Below are positions 25,691 through 38,115 of a DNA stretch of 64,000 nt, piece after piece. The notes under the pieces were generated by a model. It did not search any database, was not told where the DNA came from, and was given only the letters and a program-made list of their open reading frames with translations. The translations under genes and the position numbers were made by a program. The stretch is from the human T2T-CHM13v2.0 reference genome, Homo sapiens. The stretch lies in NCBI RefSeq assembly GCF_009914755.1, contig NC_060932.1; one strand, given 5' to 3'. Position 1 is the first letter of the stretch. Each line of letters opens with the position of its first letter.

Positions 25691-27814
25691 TTAAATCTCA
25701 GGGGCTGAGGCTTCCCTTTAAATAAACCAGGTCTATCTCTGATCTTATAGGTTGGCCCTAGTACCAAACAGTTCTACTAGTAACATTGAGAGTTCTATGA
25801 ACTCTTTTAGAGACTCTGAGCACACTGAAAGCTTACCTGCTGTGTTGTCCTTGCCACTCTTACCTCAGTGCTCTCCTGTGGGTACATTTAGTACCTTTAC
25901 AACGTGTGCAGTGATCATGCCATGGATTACAAGAGTTTAACACATTTTCTAAGACACCAAGTGAGTAATGTAGATACTGAGGAGATATTCAGTAGAAAAA
26001 GCCAAATCACTAATAATAGCATATTTTCAATATACAGGCAATTTCTCAGTTGAAAAGCTTAGCTATTATTGCTATGGCCATGGCTTCAAAGCTGTGAGGT
26101 TCGCTTTTTATTTATATTGGCAATTTTCCCATGTGCTTATAAAAATCAGTCCTTTGGATGGTTCACTCAGTGTATTTGAATACCTTTTCCAATTCTCTGA
26201 AGCTCCTTGATCCAGTAACAGTTTCTTTCCTTGGCAGACCATGAGGAGTGGGAAAGTAGCTTTTTCTAAGTAGGCATTGATTGGCATTGAGCAGTGGGAA
26301 AGATTGGAGCTGGTGAACATGGGGTGTGCAAATGTATTCAGCCAACAGGAGCTCTTCCAGTTCATAGGGTGGATCTGCTGGAATAGTTGCCTTGGTTCTC
26401 CTTTCACTTCAGGGTGGAATTAAGCTCCTGGCTCAATAGGGAGGAAGCAGGATAAGTCTTAGCCTCTGGACACTTAACCTAAAATTCTAAAGAAAAATTC
26501 CTTATTCCTTTTTTCCTTTTCAATGGCTTACCTTTAAACAGCATTAATATCCTGCCTGTTGTACTGAAGCAAGAAACTGTAGTATCTATTTTCAAAACTA
26601 GTACATGGATTTTCAATGTGAGTGTCTTGGTAATAAATGCTGGTTTATTTTGAATTTAAAAATGTATTTTGATTTTGTACTGACAGTTTAACTCTTTGAA
26701 ATATAACGGAGGAAGGGTCAGAAATAAAGCAATCTTTCTTTCTTCTGGACTTATTTATTCACTCTTCTTTAAACAGTTGTTAAATCTCTCTTATGCATTT
26801 GACATTGGGCTTTGCACTAGTGATAGAAAAATGAATAAGACTGTGACATCTTTTGGTACTACATCATATAAATTGTCTAGATTGTACTTCTAAGCCAGCA
26901 TGAGCATTTTAGAATATAAGAAATAGAAACCAAACCAAGAAACTCTAGTTCGGAGCAAAATTATATGCCCAGTTGTCTAAGAAAGGGCTTTGCTTTTTAC
27001 CAGTAATTTAGAATTTTATGACTAAGACAAAGCAGAAAATTGGGAAGAACAGTGAAAAGGGCAAGAAGTTAATGGAGTGTGGTCAGAGCTGAGAGGACAA
27101 AATCTAAATGAAAGGGGGAAAAGCAATAAGGATTGAGGAAGGTTGTTTAGGTCGTTAAGCTTACAAGATCTTCTATTTCCCAATTAGTACATTCTGACCC
27201 TGAAGACGTTTAAGTACATGACGAGGATGTCACTGGAGTGTGACAAATTCTTCACATTCTCACTTCCCTTTGCTAATTCTGGCGTCAGAAGTTATTGCAG
27301 AGAACATAGTCAACCGTCTGTGGAGATACATCTAAAACAGATGTGCCTATTGTTAAACAAACATGGTATGTTTAAATCCATATTTATTTATTAAACAAAA
27401 ATTAGATAATTACTCCGATTATCTGGTACCCACAGGGATCATACAAATGACAAACACAAAGGGCCAGCACTCTGAGAATGAGAAGCCTAGAGAGAGGCCA
27501 GGCTGGGATAGTGCCAACCCTGACATAAGATAGAATATAATTAGGACTTTAAAGGAAATACAAACAAATATTGTGGGCACTCAGGAAGAAAAGCACTTTT
27601 GGTGGTTGTGGATACAGGTAGAGGGAGAAAGCACAAACAACTCAGAGAAACTTTCTTGAAGGAGATAGTATGCTAACTGGCCATGGAAAATTGTTTGAAT
27701 ATCAACAAGTGATGGGATCTCAACAGGGATAAAGGATACAGGTGTCATAGGTAAGGTAGTGGCATAAGCAAAGCCATGAAGGAGGACAGCTTGTTTGATG
27801 ACTAGCAGTGTGTG

Positions 27815-27989
27815 TTATAGGAGATGGGGTGGAGGATGCAGAGAAACAATGTATTTTGAGACCACACAACTATGCCTTTAAATCCCAGCCCTTCCGCTTA
27901 TGCATACGGGACCATGCCTAGGTTGCTTAACCTTTCTAAATCTCAGATTACTCATCTTTAATATGGGGACAATAATATTGATTTTTGCA

Positions 27990-28027
<38 letters not shown>

Positions 28028-28120
28028 TGGGAGAGAGAGAAAGGAGAGAGAGAGGAGAGAAAGACTGGTTATAATCTATGTAAACCTTCTGGTGCTCAAT
28101 AAATGGTAGTAATTATTATG
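27815..28120 (+). mobile_element. MIR SINE containing (TG)n and (GA)n
   Basis: tttaaatcccagccct...gcttaacctttctaaatctcagattactcatctttaatatgggg...gtgctcaataaatggtag. Confidence 0.8.
27992..28026. repeat. Perfect (TG)17 microsatellite, followed by a GA-rich run to ~28063
   Basis: Directly visible. Confidence 0.98.
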
Positions 28121-28367
28121 GCAAGTAGTTAGGCTATCTCAATTTTGGACAATGTGTTAGATAAAATAAAAAAAATAATTTGTGATCAAATTTTGGGTGA
28201 TCTTAAGGAGCTAGTTTAGGAATATGGAGTTACTTTGATAGGCACTGGAAAGCCATTGAAGACTTTTGACCAGGGAATGATGTGATTAGGGCTTAGAATT
28301 GCAGTGCTGATTCTAGATATATTGTAGAGCTACGACATAAAGGATTAGACAATTAGATATGAACCAT

Positions 28368-28835
28368 GGTGTCAGACACCTACATATCTGTTCTTTACTC
28401 TCTTGCAGTTATAAAAACCCTGATTTTTAGCTGGAAACATGACTGTCTAAAATGAAGACCCTATTTACCTGTTTTGCTTGTGGCTAAGTGTGCCTATGTG
28501 ACGATGTTCTGGCCAGAAGTATCATGCAGTAGCATACCTAAAAGATGGCTGGCCCACCTTCTTCTTTATCACTTCCTCCATCCTGCTTCTTAGATTACCT
28601 GCCATCTTGGTCTAGGTCCAGCTGCTAATTTGGACCCTAGCAATATTGGAGGGATGAACTGGCAGGAGACTGAGTCCCAAAGAACTTCATGGAACAGAAT
28701 TCTGCCATACCATCCCTTGACTAAATTTCACTAGCCTTCTACATGAGAAAAGAATGAACTACCTTGTTGAAGCCTCTGAGATTTTGAGATTCTGTTACAT
28801 GCAGTTGATCTTACAATCTGATTCTAACCAATTCA
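28368..28835 (+). mobile_element. MaLR solo LTR, MLT1J/K-like
   Basis: aaaccctgatttttagctgg...tatgtgacgatgttctggcca...gccatcttgg...tctgttacatgcag...ctaaccaattca. Confidence 0.75.
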
Positions 28836-30574
28836 GATATGGAGGAAATAAATGAATAAGAACTTAGTTTCTAGGATTTCAAGCCAGTAGCCATTATAGG
28901 AATATAAGGAAACATGTTTGGAGCAGGGGGAGGATGATGGTTTTGGTTTGGGATTCAATCCAGGTGGAGATGTCAGGTAATTGGAAACAAATGTCAGGAG
29001 CTTGGAAGAGAGGCCAGAGTTGGAGGTTTAGACTTGGGGTGGGAAGCAGGACTTTAAATAGCTCTGATAGTTGAATGTATGATAGGGGAAGACATTTTCA
29101 AGGGATAAAAGTATAAAAAGAGTGCAAAAACCTGAAGGCTGACCCTGGACTAAGTGTCTGCTTATACAGGTGAGGAGGCAATAGAGATAGTGAAATTGGG
29201 CAGGAAGAGGTGTGGTGAAGGTGAGGGTAAAGGGAAGAAGAGTTGAGGCTGAATTAATGAGCTTATTTCTTTTGCATATGGCATGTAGGAGAGGAAAAGG
29301 ATTCCTAGGTTTCTCATAGTCAAGAATGTACTGATTATATGCATTTGCTTCATTAATGAATACAGTGCTATTTTGTTTAGTGTTTCAGGAAATGCTTTGA
29401 TTCCAGCATTGTTTTCCGCTTTTAATGCTTGGAAACAGCTTTGCTAGGCTCTTCTCAGGTGAGTAGCTGCACGCCAAAGTGTCTCAGTGACAGCATTGCT
29501 AAGGAGTTTTATGGAGAATGGATGGTCTTGACTGGAAAGTCACTTAATGGCTTTTAAAGTTGTGAGCAGATGATCATACTGTATAAGTGACAGACTGTGA
29601 AGTCTGAGACCTCATGAATGGTTTTGATGTTGGCATCAGATAAAATTACTAACAAATTAGATCTGACATATTTTAATGGTATGTATAATTATTATTGGTC
29701 TTTGTGATTATAGGCTACATAGTAACTGCTATCACTGGTAATAGCCAGTATTACTTTTGTCTGGACACACACCAGACATTTACGGAAATAGCTGGAAGAA
29801 GAATGATATTGAGAATTGAGGGAGAGGGTGGTTTGTGCCAAAAGGAAGGTTTGGAAGAGGTGGACACTATTCCTCTCTCACTTCCTAACTGGCTTATTCT
29901 GGAGTTGGAGGCCTGCAGTGCCTCACCCTGTCAAGCTGACCTAGGCACCTAGTATGTTTAGCTGTTCCAGTCCCCACTCTCCAGATTTGGCCACATTCTC
30001 CCAGTTGGAAATGATGGAAGATATTGCCATCTGGAGTTCTCTGATTTCCTGTAAGTTCTTGGAGACTTTATGCATGGCCCCACCCAAAGCTTTTCCTTCA
30101 CCCCAACAGGAGAGAAGGAGGCTGCAGACCACAGAAACTTCAGAGATGATGATTTATGTGGACTCATCAGAAGTCTAAAGGGGCATGTCTGTGTTCTTAA
30201 AGGGTACGGGAACCTCAGAGAGCCAATTGGCCCAAGAAGCAGTATGTAGAATGGCTACATATTCTATATTTTCAAAGATCAAACAGTGCAGAGTGCAAGA
30301 TTATAGGAAACCCAAAAGGGTCACAAACCAGGATAAGAAAATATCCCATTCACTGCCATATTTTCCAAACCTAAAAGAGTGCCTCAATCAATGTTTGTTG
30401 AGTTTTAAATAAATATCTTTATTTCAGTAATATTTAAAAATGTATCCTAAATCTACTTGTTGTCTGTATTTTCAAACATAGGGAAATAAGCACCAATAGC
30501 TAATTGGAGGAATAGGATGGGGGATGGGGCACAGCATGAGGAGAGGAGTGAGAGTATGTCTCTCCCAGAAAACA

Positions 30575-30782
30575 TTTATTGTAGGTATTGATTCAAATTC
30601 CAGTTCCTTTCATTCCTAGCTGTGTGATACTGGACAAGTTACTTAAATTTGAGCCAGAGTGTCTCCACTGTTAAACTAAGTAACAATATCTACTTTATAA
30701 GATTATTGTGTAAAGTAGGTAAAATTTATGAGAACATGCTTAATAAATTCTAAGTGACAAAATGTTAGGTGTTATTACTGAC
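30575..30782 (+). mobile_element. MIR SINE
   Basis: ggattcaaattccagttcc...ctagctgtgtgatactggacaagttacttaa. Confidence 0.8.
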
Positions 30783-33617
30783 ATTTATAACAATAATAAT
30801 AATAATAAAATAATAAAGATTGGAACATGGCCAGGGAGTGGTGAGGGGTCATAGCATTGGTGTGAAAGTTGGATTTGAATGTCAGTTTCTCTGGCTCATA
30901 TGGTAACTCTGCCTATCCAGGATTTAACTTAGAATCAACAGCTCCCCAAACAACAGCAGAGCTCTATCCAGTTTGAACACTTGAACTAGTTCTTTTACTC
31001 AGTGAGAACCTGTGAGTCTGTCTGGAGTAGAGAGGCGGGTGTTGAGATTAAACCACCACAGTGGGCTGTCTCTGTCTTAGGGAAGAATAACAGAGAAGGA
31101 GTTTCTGCACACCAGTCTGACTTAGAGCTGAGCAGCACATAGACGTGTACCCAGGTATCTCATGCCTTATGCCCAGCGGGACCCTTCCTGGTGTGTATGG
31201 TCGATATGCTACCCTGTGGAGGGTGGCTATTTATTGAATTCCTATTCCACTCAACTTCAGTTTATCTGACTTTGGAGGGGTTGCAACACGGCCTTGCCTC
31301 TTATGCTGAGCTTTCTTTGGAATTGCTATGTGACTGTTTCTTTGACAGACTTAGTTAGAAATTCAGATGATACTGATTTAAAATAGACCCGTGGGGTTTG
31401 AGAACAGTTAGAGAGAGCACAGATGAGAAGGAGAGGTTAAATTTTTTCTAAACTCAAGTTGTCAGTACTAAATTCATTATCCCCCATTAACAGGCATAAT
31501 AATGAAAATAATAATGTATAACTTTTTCACTCCATTCACTCATTTATTCATGAAATATTTATTAAGTGCCTATGTACTAGAGTGTATACTAAATGCTAGA
31601 CATATATAGATAAATAGATAAACCATGCCTGTCTTAGGGAGTAAGGTGGAAAGCCTGAGGGTGGCATGTAGGTTAGTCTGGCATATAATCTCAACAAGCT
31701 TTTGGAAAGATGAAATGGTTGTACTTAGAGGCAGAAATTGCATTGGTTTTGGTCACAGATGTAGCCTACCTCCATTGCCTGCCACAGAACCTGGCTCAGC
31801 TAAGTACCCAATAGATGTTTTTTGAATTGGCTTAATATTTCTAATTGCATGATTAAGTGGCCAGAATCAGTTAATTTAACCCATGAGTCCTTTTCACTCC
31901 TTTTACAGAGCTAGAAACTTTTTGTGGCCAGTCAACCTGGTAACCAAACATTTAAATTCTGGTAATTGGTAAATATGCCTCGTCACAGGTTTGTTGAATG
32001 ATTTATTTTTCATAAAAGCAGGAGGTTCATGACAAGCTCAGCAAATCTGTTGGCAGTTTTAAGACATTATACCGGGTAGTTTAGGGAAATTTCTCAGCAC
32101 ATGAGACCCTTTAGATTATGTAATATTCTTGCAAGGCAACTAGGAAAAATAGTTTTTAAAATTATGTCTATTTTGCTATATTTAAAAGCAGAAATTATCT
32201 TATTATGGAGAATTGATTAAATATTTGATAGCATTTTTGTATGATTTAACATATTTATAGGTGTTAATTTCTCACAAAATTTAAGTTATAGCTCTAAGTG
32301 TAGAATTAATAGTTTCCCTTTGATTACAGTTTTTTTGGTGTTAACGTTCATCTATTTTTGGATGATTTGACTTACCCTTCCTTTTTAAAATTCAGACTCT
32401 AAATTTAAGGCTATACATCACCATAGTGTTTATGAAGTGAATTAAATCTTACAGAATGTTCCAGTGCAATCTGAAACTACAGCAACTACTTGAGGTTTTA
32501 TGTCTGAAAAGTGTTTTAATCAGTGATGGATTTGGAATTATTGCAGCTGATTCCTGAATTCTTAGGCCTAGGCCTTAGGAACACACTATCCAGATGTTTA
32601 TAAAATGCCATTTTACCAATGTCCTGTTTATACTTTGACTTTGTGGTTCAAAAAAAATACATTTGCCTACTTCAAAGTACCAGATGAAAGTATTTTACAT
32701 CAACTAAATACTGCATTTGAGCTGCCCAACAGTCCCTAACACTGACTCCTTCTGCCTTAAAGGCATTTATTTCCTATCATCACCTGTTTTCTCCAAGACA
32801 TGTGAGAAGAATAAAGCCTGTATTGTGGCATTTTGTGTGAATGCTAAGATCTTGGCAATGTTTCTTATACCTTCCCTAGCTCTTCTATTTTCCCTAAAAA
32901 GTATTCTCTTTTTGAAAGAAAAATTTAATTTCTCAATTTCTTAAACCAGATTATTAATTAAAACTGCAAAATGAAGGAAGGAACACCCACTAATTCTTCA
33001 AAGCTCAGCAACAGAATCAAATCCTTTGAAGATCTGTCTGCTTAACTCATCACTATTAATCAGTTTAAGACTATTTAGAAAAGGTACTGAGAGAAAGAAA
33101 TGAATAAAAATGGGTGAATAAGGCAATATTAAGCTGACACTTTATAGTCCGGTTGGTAGAGTAAAAAAGCAATCAAACTTAACAGCTTTTTAAAAAATTA
33201 AGAATGTTATATAGGTTGATGTTATTTTTATTATTATAAATGTAATATTTACTCCTTTTGCCAACTTGGAAAATGTAGAAAAGTCAAGAAAAACATAACA
33301 TTCATCCATGATCCCACCACCCAGACAAAACCACTTTTACCTTTCCCCTATTTTTTAAGTCATTTTTTGCTATGTAATTAATCAATTTGCATAAATACAA
33401 AATTGAGGTAACGGTATATGCACAATTTTGAAACATGTTTTAATCACTTTCTTGTGGCATTAAATATTCTTCAAAATATGTTTTTAGTGGCTGCAGAGTT
33501 ATGTTATGACTTTCTCATCCTTTAGTTGGTCTTTAGTGTGTTTTTATGGTGTCCAGTTTCAGTATTCATGTTGATCTCCTTTCACCCTTTGTCTTCACTG
33601 AGTCACTCTTGGCTCAG

Positions 33618-33998
33618 TATGGTAATCATTAGCACTGGTTTCTAGATATTTCTGGCTCTTCACCTGCACATAAAACAGGGCTGTACATCTCAGTCCCTTG
33701 GAGTTTGGGTGAGGACATGTGACTTTTTCTAACCAATGAGATGTGAGTAGAGCATTTAATTACTGATGAGAGAGACCTTTCAGAGTGCTGTCCTCTTTGC
33801 CACAGTGACTGGCAGCTTTCCAGAGAGTGGCTGCTCCATTAGCGTGGATCCCAGAGTGAGGTTGAGGCCAACATAAACACCTAATTGGCCTGGGATGGAT
33901 AGGTAATGTGAGAAGAAAATGAAACTTTGTTTTAGTGAGTGAAATCTTAGGGGCTGTTTGTTATCAGTGAATAAGTTTGCCTGTCTTAACTGATAACA
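33618..33998 (+). mobile_element. MaLR solo LTR, MLT1H/I-like
   Basis: catgtgactttttctaaccaatgagatgtgag...ttccagagagtggctgctccattagc...tttgttatcag...taactgataaca. Confidence 0.8.
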
Positions 33999-34844
33999 CC
34001 AATCATTTGTATCTAGATTGGGAATCTGATTTAGACCTTGTGGTCATCTTATAGACTCATGTTCACCTTCACATCTGTAAATTATGTGGCAGGTCATCAT
34101 ATACACTTTCTCAAACAATTGGGGAATCTTTGCCCCTATGCATCTGTTTTCAGGGTGTTTCTTTAGTTGACTTCAGGCGTATTCAATAACTCATATCATA
34201 TACATACATAAACACTCATACCTTCATTCTCACAATGTTTATGATTAGCCTTGTTCATACTTTTCTGTTGCCTAGGAAAATGTCAATAGAAATTTTAAAG
34301 TAAAGACTGATTTTTTTTAAAGTATAAACTTAGTAGTTATATGAAAATGAGAAAATTCATAAGGAAAAAATCCTGTCATTTCCCCTGCCATTCAAACCTA
34401 TTTTTATTATCCCATATTTCCTCTATTCCCTGTGTATAAAACTTTATATTGCTTATCATAGTTTACATACAACTTGACATTTTCTATATATATAAAAATT
34501 TTCATGTTTTTCCTACACTTCATAATTAACATTTTAATGGCTGCAAAATATTCCACTGAAATTGAACACCGTAATTTATACTACAATTTCCTTATTACTG
34601 GTTTTTTAGTTTGCTGCAATTTTTTTGAAATTCTGTTGGAATAAATAATTTTTAGAGCATTTTAAAACAAATATACTAGAATGTATACATCTAATCAGTA
34701 TTATCATATAAATAACTTCTAAGTCTAAACACATATTCTAATGCAGGTGCCATTGATATAAACATTTCTAATCTCTTTTAAAATGGTCTTTATGGCCAAT
34801 TGATGAGCTACAAATTAAAAATTAGTCTCATTATTTTATAATAT

Positions 34845-35150
34845 ATCTTGATTTGGACCCCAAATCATTCATTCATTTTGTTAATCATATTTTGGCTGTT
34901 TTCAAAAGTTAATTCTAATTTTAAAGCACCAAATTTTGCCTTCATTTAGACCATTTGGAAGGCTGCCAAATGCTCTAAAGGCAATTTCAGAGGAAAAGTT
35001 CCAAAACTGTTAACAGCACTGGGCAATTGCTGCGATAACTGAGCAGCCTACCATAGTGATGGTTTTAGAGAAAAAAACACTCCTTTTTAAATGTGAGTTT
35101 GAGTGGATTTGTTACTGTAATCATTAAATCCACAACTCTATAGTCACACT
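34845..35150 (+). mobile_element. MARNA-like mariner relic (transposase C-terminus and right end)
   Basis: Decayed DLDP (PDLAP-like), FWLFSKV and AISEEKFQNC; ends tatagtcacac as in recalled MARNA. Confidence 0.7.
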
Positions 35151-35349
35151 GGGCATGGATGTAATATTGTTCAAAATAAATGCCAGTTGCTTGATAGCAG
35201 GGACTGATTCTTTCATGACATCTACATTAGTGCCTTGCACATGGTAACTACTTAGGTATATTTGTGATCGAGTCTGTGAAAGTGATCCCTGTTGAGATCA
35301 CACTTTTTCCATTGGCAAGGACCTATCTTTGAATAAATCCTTTCTGCTG

Positions 35350-35525
35350 GTGAAGTCTTGAAGTCTCCAGCACTCTAGACTTACAGCATTAGCATTATGT
35401 GGGAATTTGTTAGAAATGAAAGTTCTCTGGCCTCACCCTGGACCTACTAAATCAGAAATTCTAGAGATTGGGCCAGCAATCTGTTTTAGCAAGACTTCCA
35501 TGTTATTCTGACACATAATAACTAA
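35350..35525. mobile_element. MER5-family hAT MITE
   Basis: gggaatttgttagaaatg...ggcctcaccctggacctactaaatcagaaattct...ccagcaatctgttttagcaag. Confidence 0.85.
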
Positions 35526-36194
35526 ATGGTAAAGTTAGCCTGAAGAAAAACTGAAAATAAAGGTCAAAGAGGTGATTCTATAATGAAAGAAAGTTGGTGT
35601 TAGAAGCCACAGACTAGCAAAATTCAATAAACATCTTCAGAGCACCTACTGTGGTCCAGAAATTGAGCTTGTAGATACTAGGTATGCAAAAGCAAAATAG
35701 ATAGTGTCTATACAGAAGACATAAATGTGCGTAAATGGGTATAAAATAAATACAATGCTGAGTGATACTTCGATATAGAAGAATATACAAAATATGGGTG
35801 GTGATGATCATAACTACCATTTATAAACCACATGTTGTCTGTCAGGCACAGTACAGTGCTTTATATATATATTTTTTGGTATGATTATCAGAAGGAATAT
35901 AAAGATTAAAAGGTGCTGCATTACTTAAATAGGTTCCCTTAAACCTGGAAAGAATAAAATCCTGGTCACAAAGTTCATTTCTTGCCCAGAGCACTTGACC
36001 CATTCAGGGATCCTGTGTTTGTCATTTCTCTTCAGAAATGATTATATTGGCACCTATCTCAGAATTGATATACAGATTAAATACGGTCATGGATGAAATT
36101 ATTTAGCCCACTATGTATCATCAATATTCATTAGATAGTAATCATTTTTATTGCTACTAATAGTAATCATCATCATCATTAGAGGGGTGAGCGG

Positions 36195-36448
36195 CAATAT
36201 AAGATAGATTCTATAGAGGTTAAAAGCATGACTCCAGCCAGATTCAGATTGCCAGGGTTCAGTTCTGTCTTTGTCAGCTTCTAGCTGTGAGACTATGGGC
36301 TTAGCCTCTCTGTTTCAATTTTGTCATCTGTACAATGGGGACAGTAAGAGTCCTTCACAGGGTTGTAATAACTGGTAAATGAATTAATGTGTGAAAAGCA
36401 CACAGCACACTGGCAGGCACAGGGCAAATGCTCAGTAAGTGCTAGCTT
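36195..36448 (+). mobile_element. MIR SINE, near full length
   Basis: gaggttaaaagcatgactc...gggttcagttct...tcatctgtacaatgggg...aaatgctcagtaagtgctagc. Confidence 0.85.
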
Positions 36449-37235
36449 GGAGTGTTCTGTCAAAAAGCCTAACATCTCTTTGTGGTATTTTGTGATTTTT
36501 GACAGAATGGTGTATGCTTTAGGCATCTATGGAACAAAAATATCACCCTTCCTTAAATCTGTGGCGTTGAGGGATCACTACATATTTGAATAAAGGCCTT
36601 TCTCTGATGTCTAACAGGAAGAAGAAAACCACTGATACCAAACTAAGGTTTAAAAAAGGCCAAGGGGAAGAAAATTTTAAATCAAAAGTCATCCATTCTT
36701 ATTTCATGGAAATACGTTATTTAAGCAAATATACTGATAATGATGCACAGATGCTGTTTGTATACATTACTTTCCTCCTTTGAATTCACTAAGTACTGAT
36801 TTCTTATTTGTGCCAGCGATCTTCAGAATTAGTTCTGTCCCCTTCTGTATCATTGTGTGAGACAAATATCTCATATACAACTTTTCTAAAGATTAGAAGA
36901 CTAAAATATGTGTCTATTGCCTCAAAGGCAGAGAAGAGGTACACAAATGTGAATAAACAGTTAAAACATTAACAGATGTATTGGAAGAGTCCTTGAATAC
37001 ACATGTGATTGATATCAAGAAAACATTAGCTTTGTAATTCTGCCTAGATCGAACACTGATGGGCTGGCACTACAGAAAGATTCAGCTGCAAGTATTTCAT
37101 GTAACTGATGGTGTAACGCAAAAACATTTCAGTAGATATCTTTCTAATAATTTGCCACAGGTGCTCAAATGCCTGGGAGCTAGAATTTCAAGGATTCAAA
37201 TTGCTACTGTGATAGCTTCAGGCTTTGCTTCCAGG

Positions 37236-37258
37236 TTTTTTTTTTTTTTTTTTTTTTT
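37236..37258. repeat. Poly(T) tract (~23 nt)
   Basis: Directly visible. Confidence 0.95.
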
Positions 37259-37762
37259 AAGCAGGCTGTGGCACATGTTTTTAAGAATTTAAGTCTGTTT
37301 ATTGGTGATGCTGCAGTTTGCTTGATTACAGTTTAAGAGGGTGACTGTAGTTTCTCAAAGAACCCAATGAATATGAACTCAGTTTACATCATTGAAAACT
37401 CATGTTCAATCTCTATCCTGTGTGTACTGTGTTCAGTTATTTTCTTTGAACTTAACATTATTTCATCTACATTTCTATGTACTGCTTTCGACCCATTTAC
37501 GTGTCATAGATGTCTTCTCTTTTGCCACTTCCTCTCCTGAAGTTTCTCTCCTGGGTTTCTTCTAGAGTTCAACGTATATATAGAGATGCAGAGAACATCT
37601 TAGTACAAATTATTTTTTCTTTTTTTACGATATTGGCGATGAGTTTGTTCTCCAAAGCAAAATAACCAAAACAAAATCAGAATTTTTATAGGTTTGCTGC
37701 ATTTTGGGAGATCACACTCTAGAAAGATCAAACTAATTTAAGTGCCACCAGCATTGGTTATA

Positions 37763-38115
37763 CAGATTGATCATCCCTTATCCAAAATACTTGGGATCAG
37801 AAATGTTTTGGATTTTGAATTTTTTCAGATTTTGGAATACTTACATGTACATAATGAGATATCACAGGGATGGGACCCAAGTCTTAAACATACAGTTCAC
37901 TTGTGTTTGAGATACACCTTATATACATAACCTAAAGGTAATTTTATGAAATATTTCTGATAATTCTGTGCATGAAACAAAATTTTAACTGCATTTTTGA
38001 CTGCCACTGGCCACAGAAGTCATGTGGAATTTTCCATTTGTGGCATCGTGTTGGTGCTCAAAAAGTTTCAGAGCATTTGGGATTTTGGATTTTTGGATTA
38101 GGGATGCTTAAACTG
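37763..38115 (-). mobile_element. Tigger4b/MER46-type TcMar MITE
   Basis: TIRs cagattgatcatccct...agggatgcttaaactg, TA on both sides; reverse-complement match to 63134-63484. Confidence 0.9.

Larger units (their letters stand above)
27460..29270 (-). mobile_element. L2 remnant interrupted by MIR and MLT1
   Basis: gataggcactggaaagccattgaagacttttgaccagggaatgatgtgatt; atccaggtggagatgtcagg...ttggaagagagg. Confidence 0.7.
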
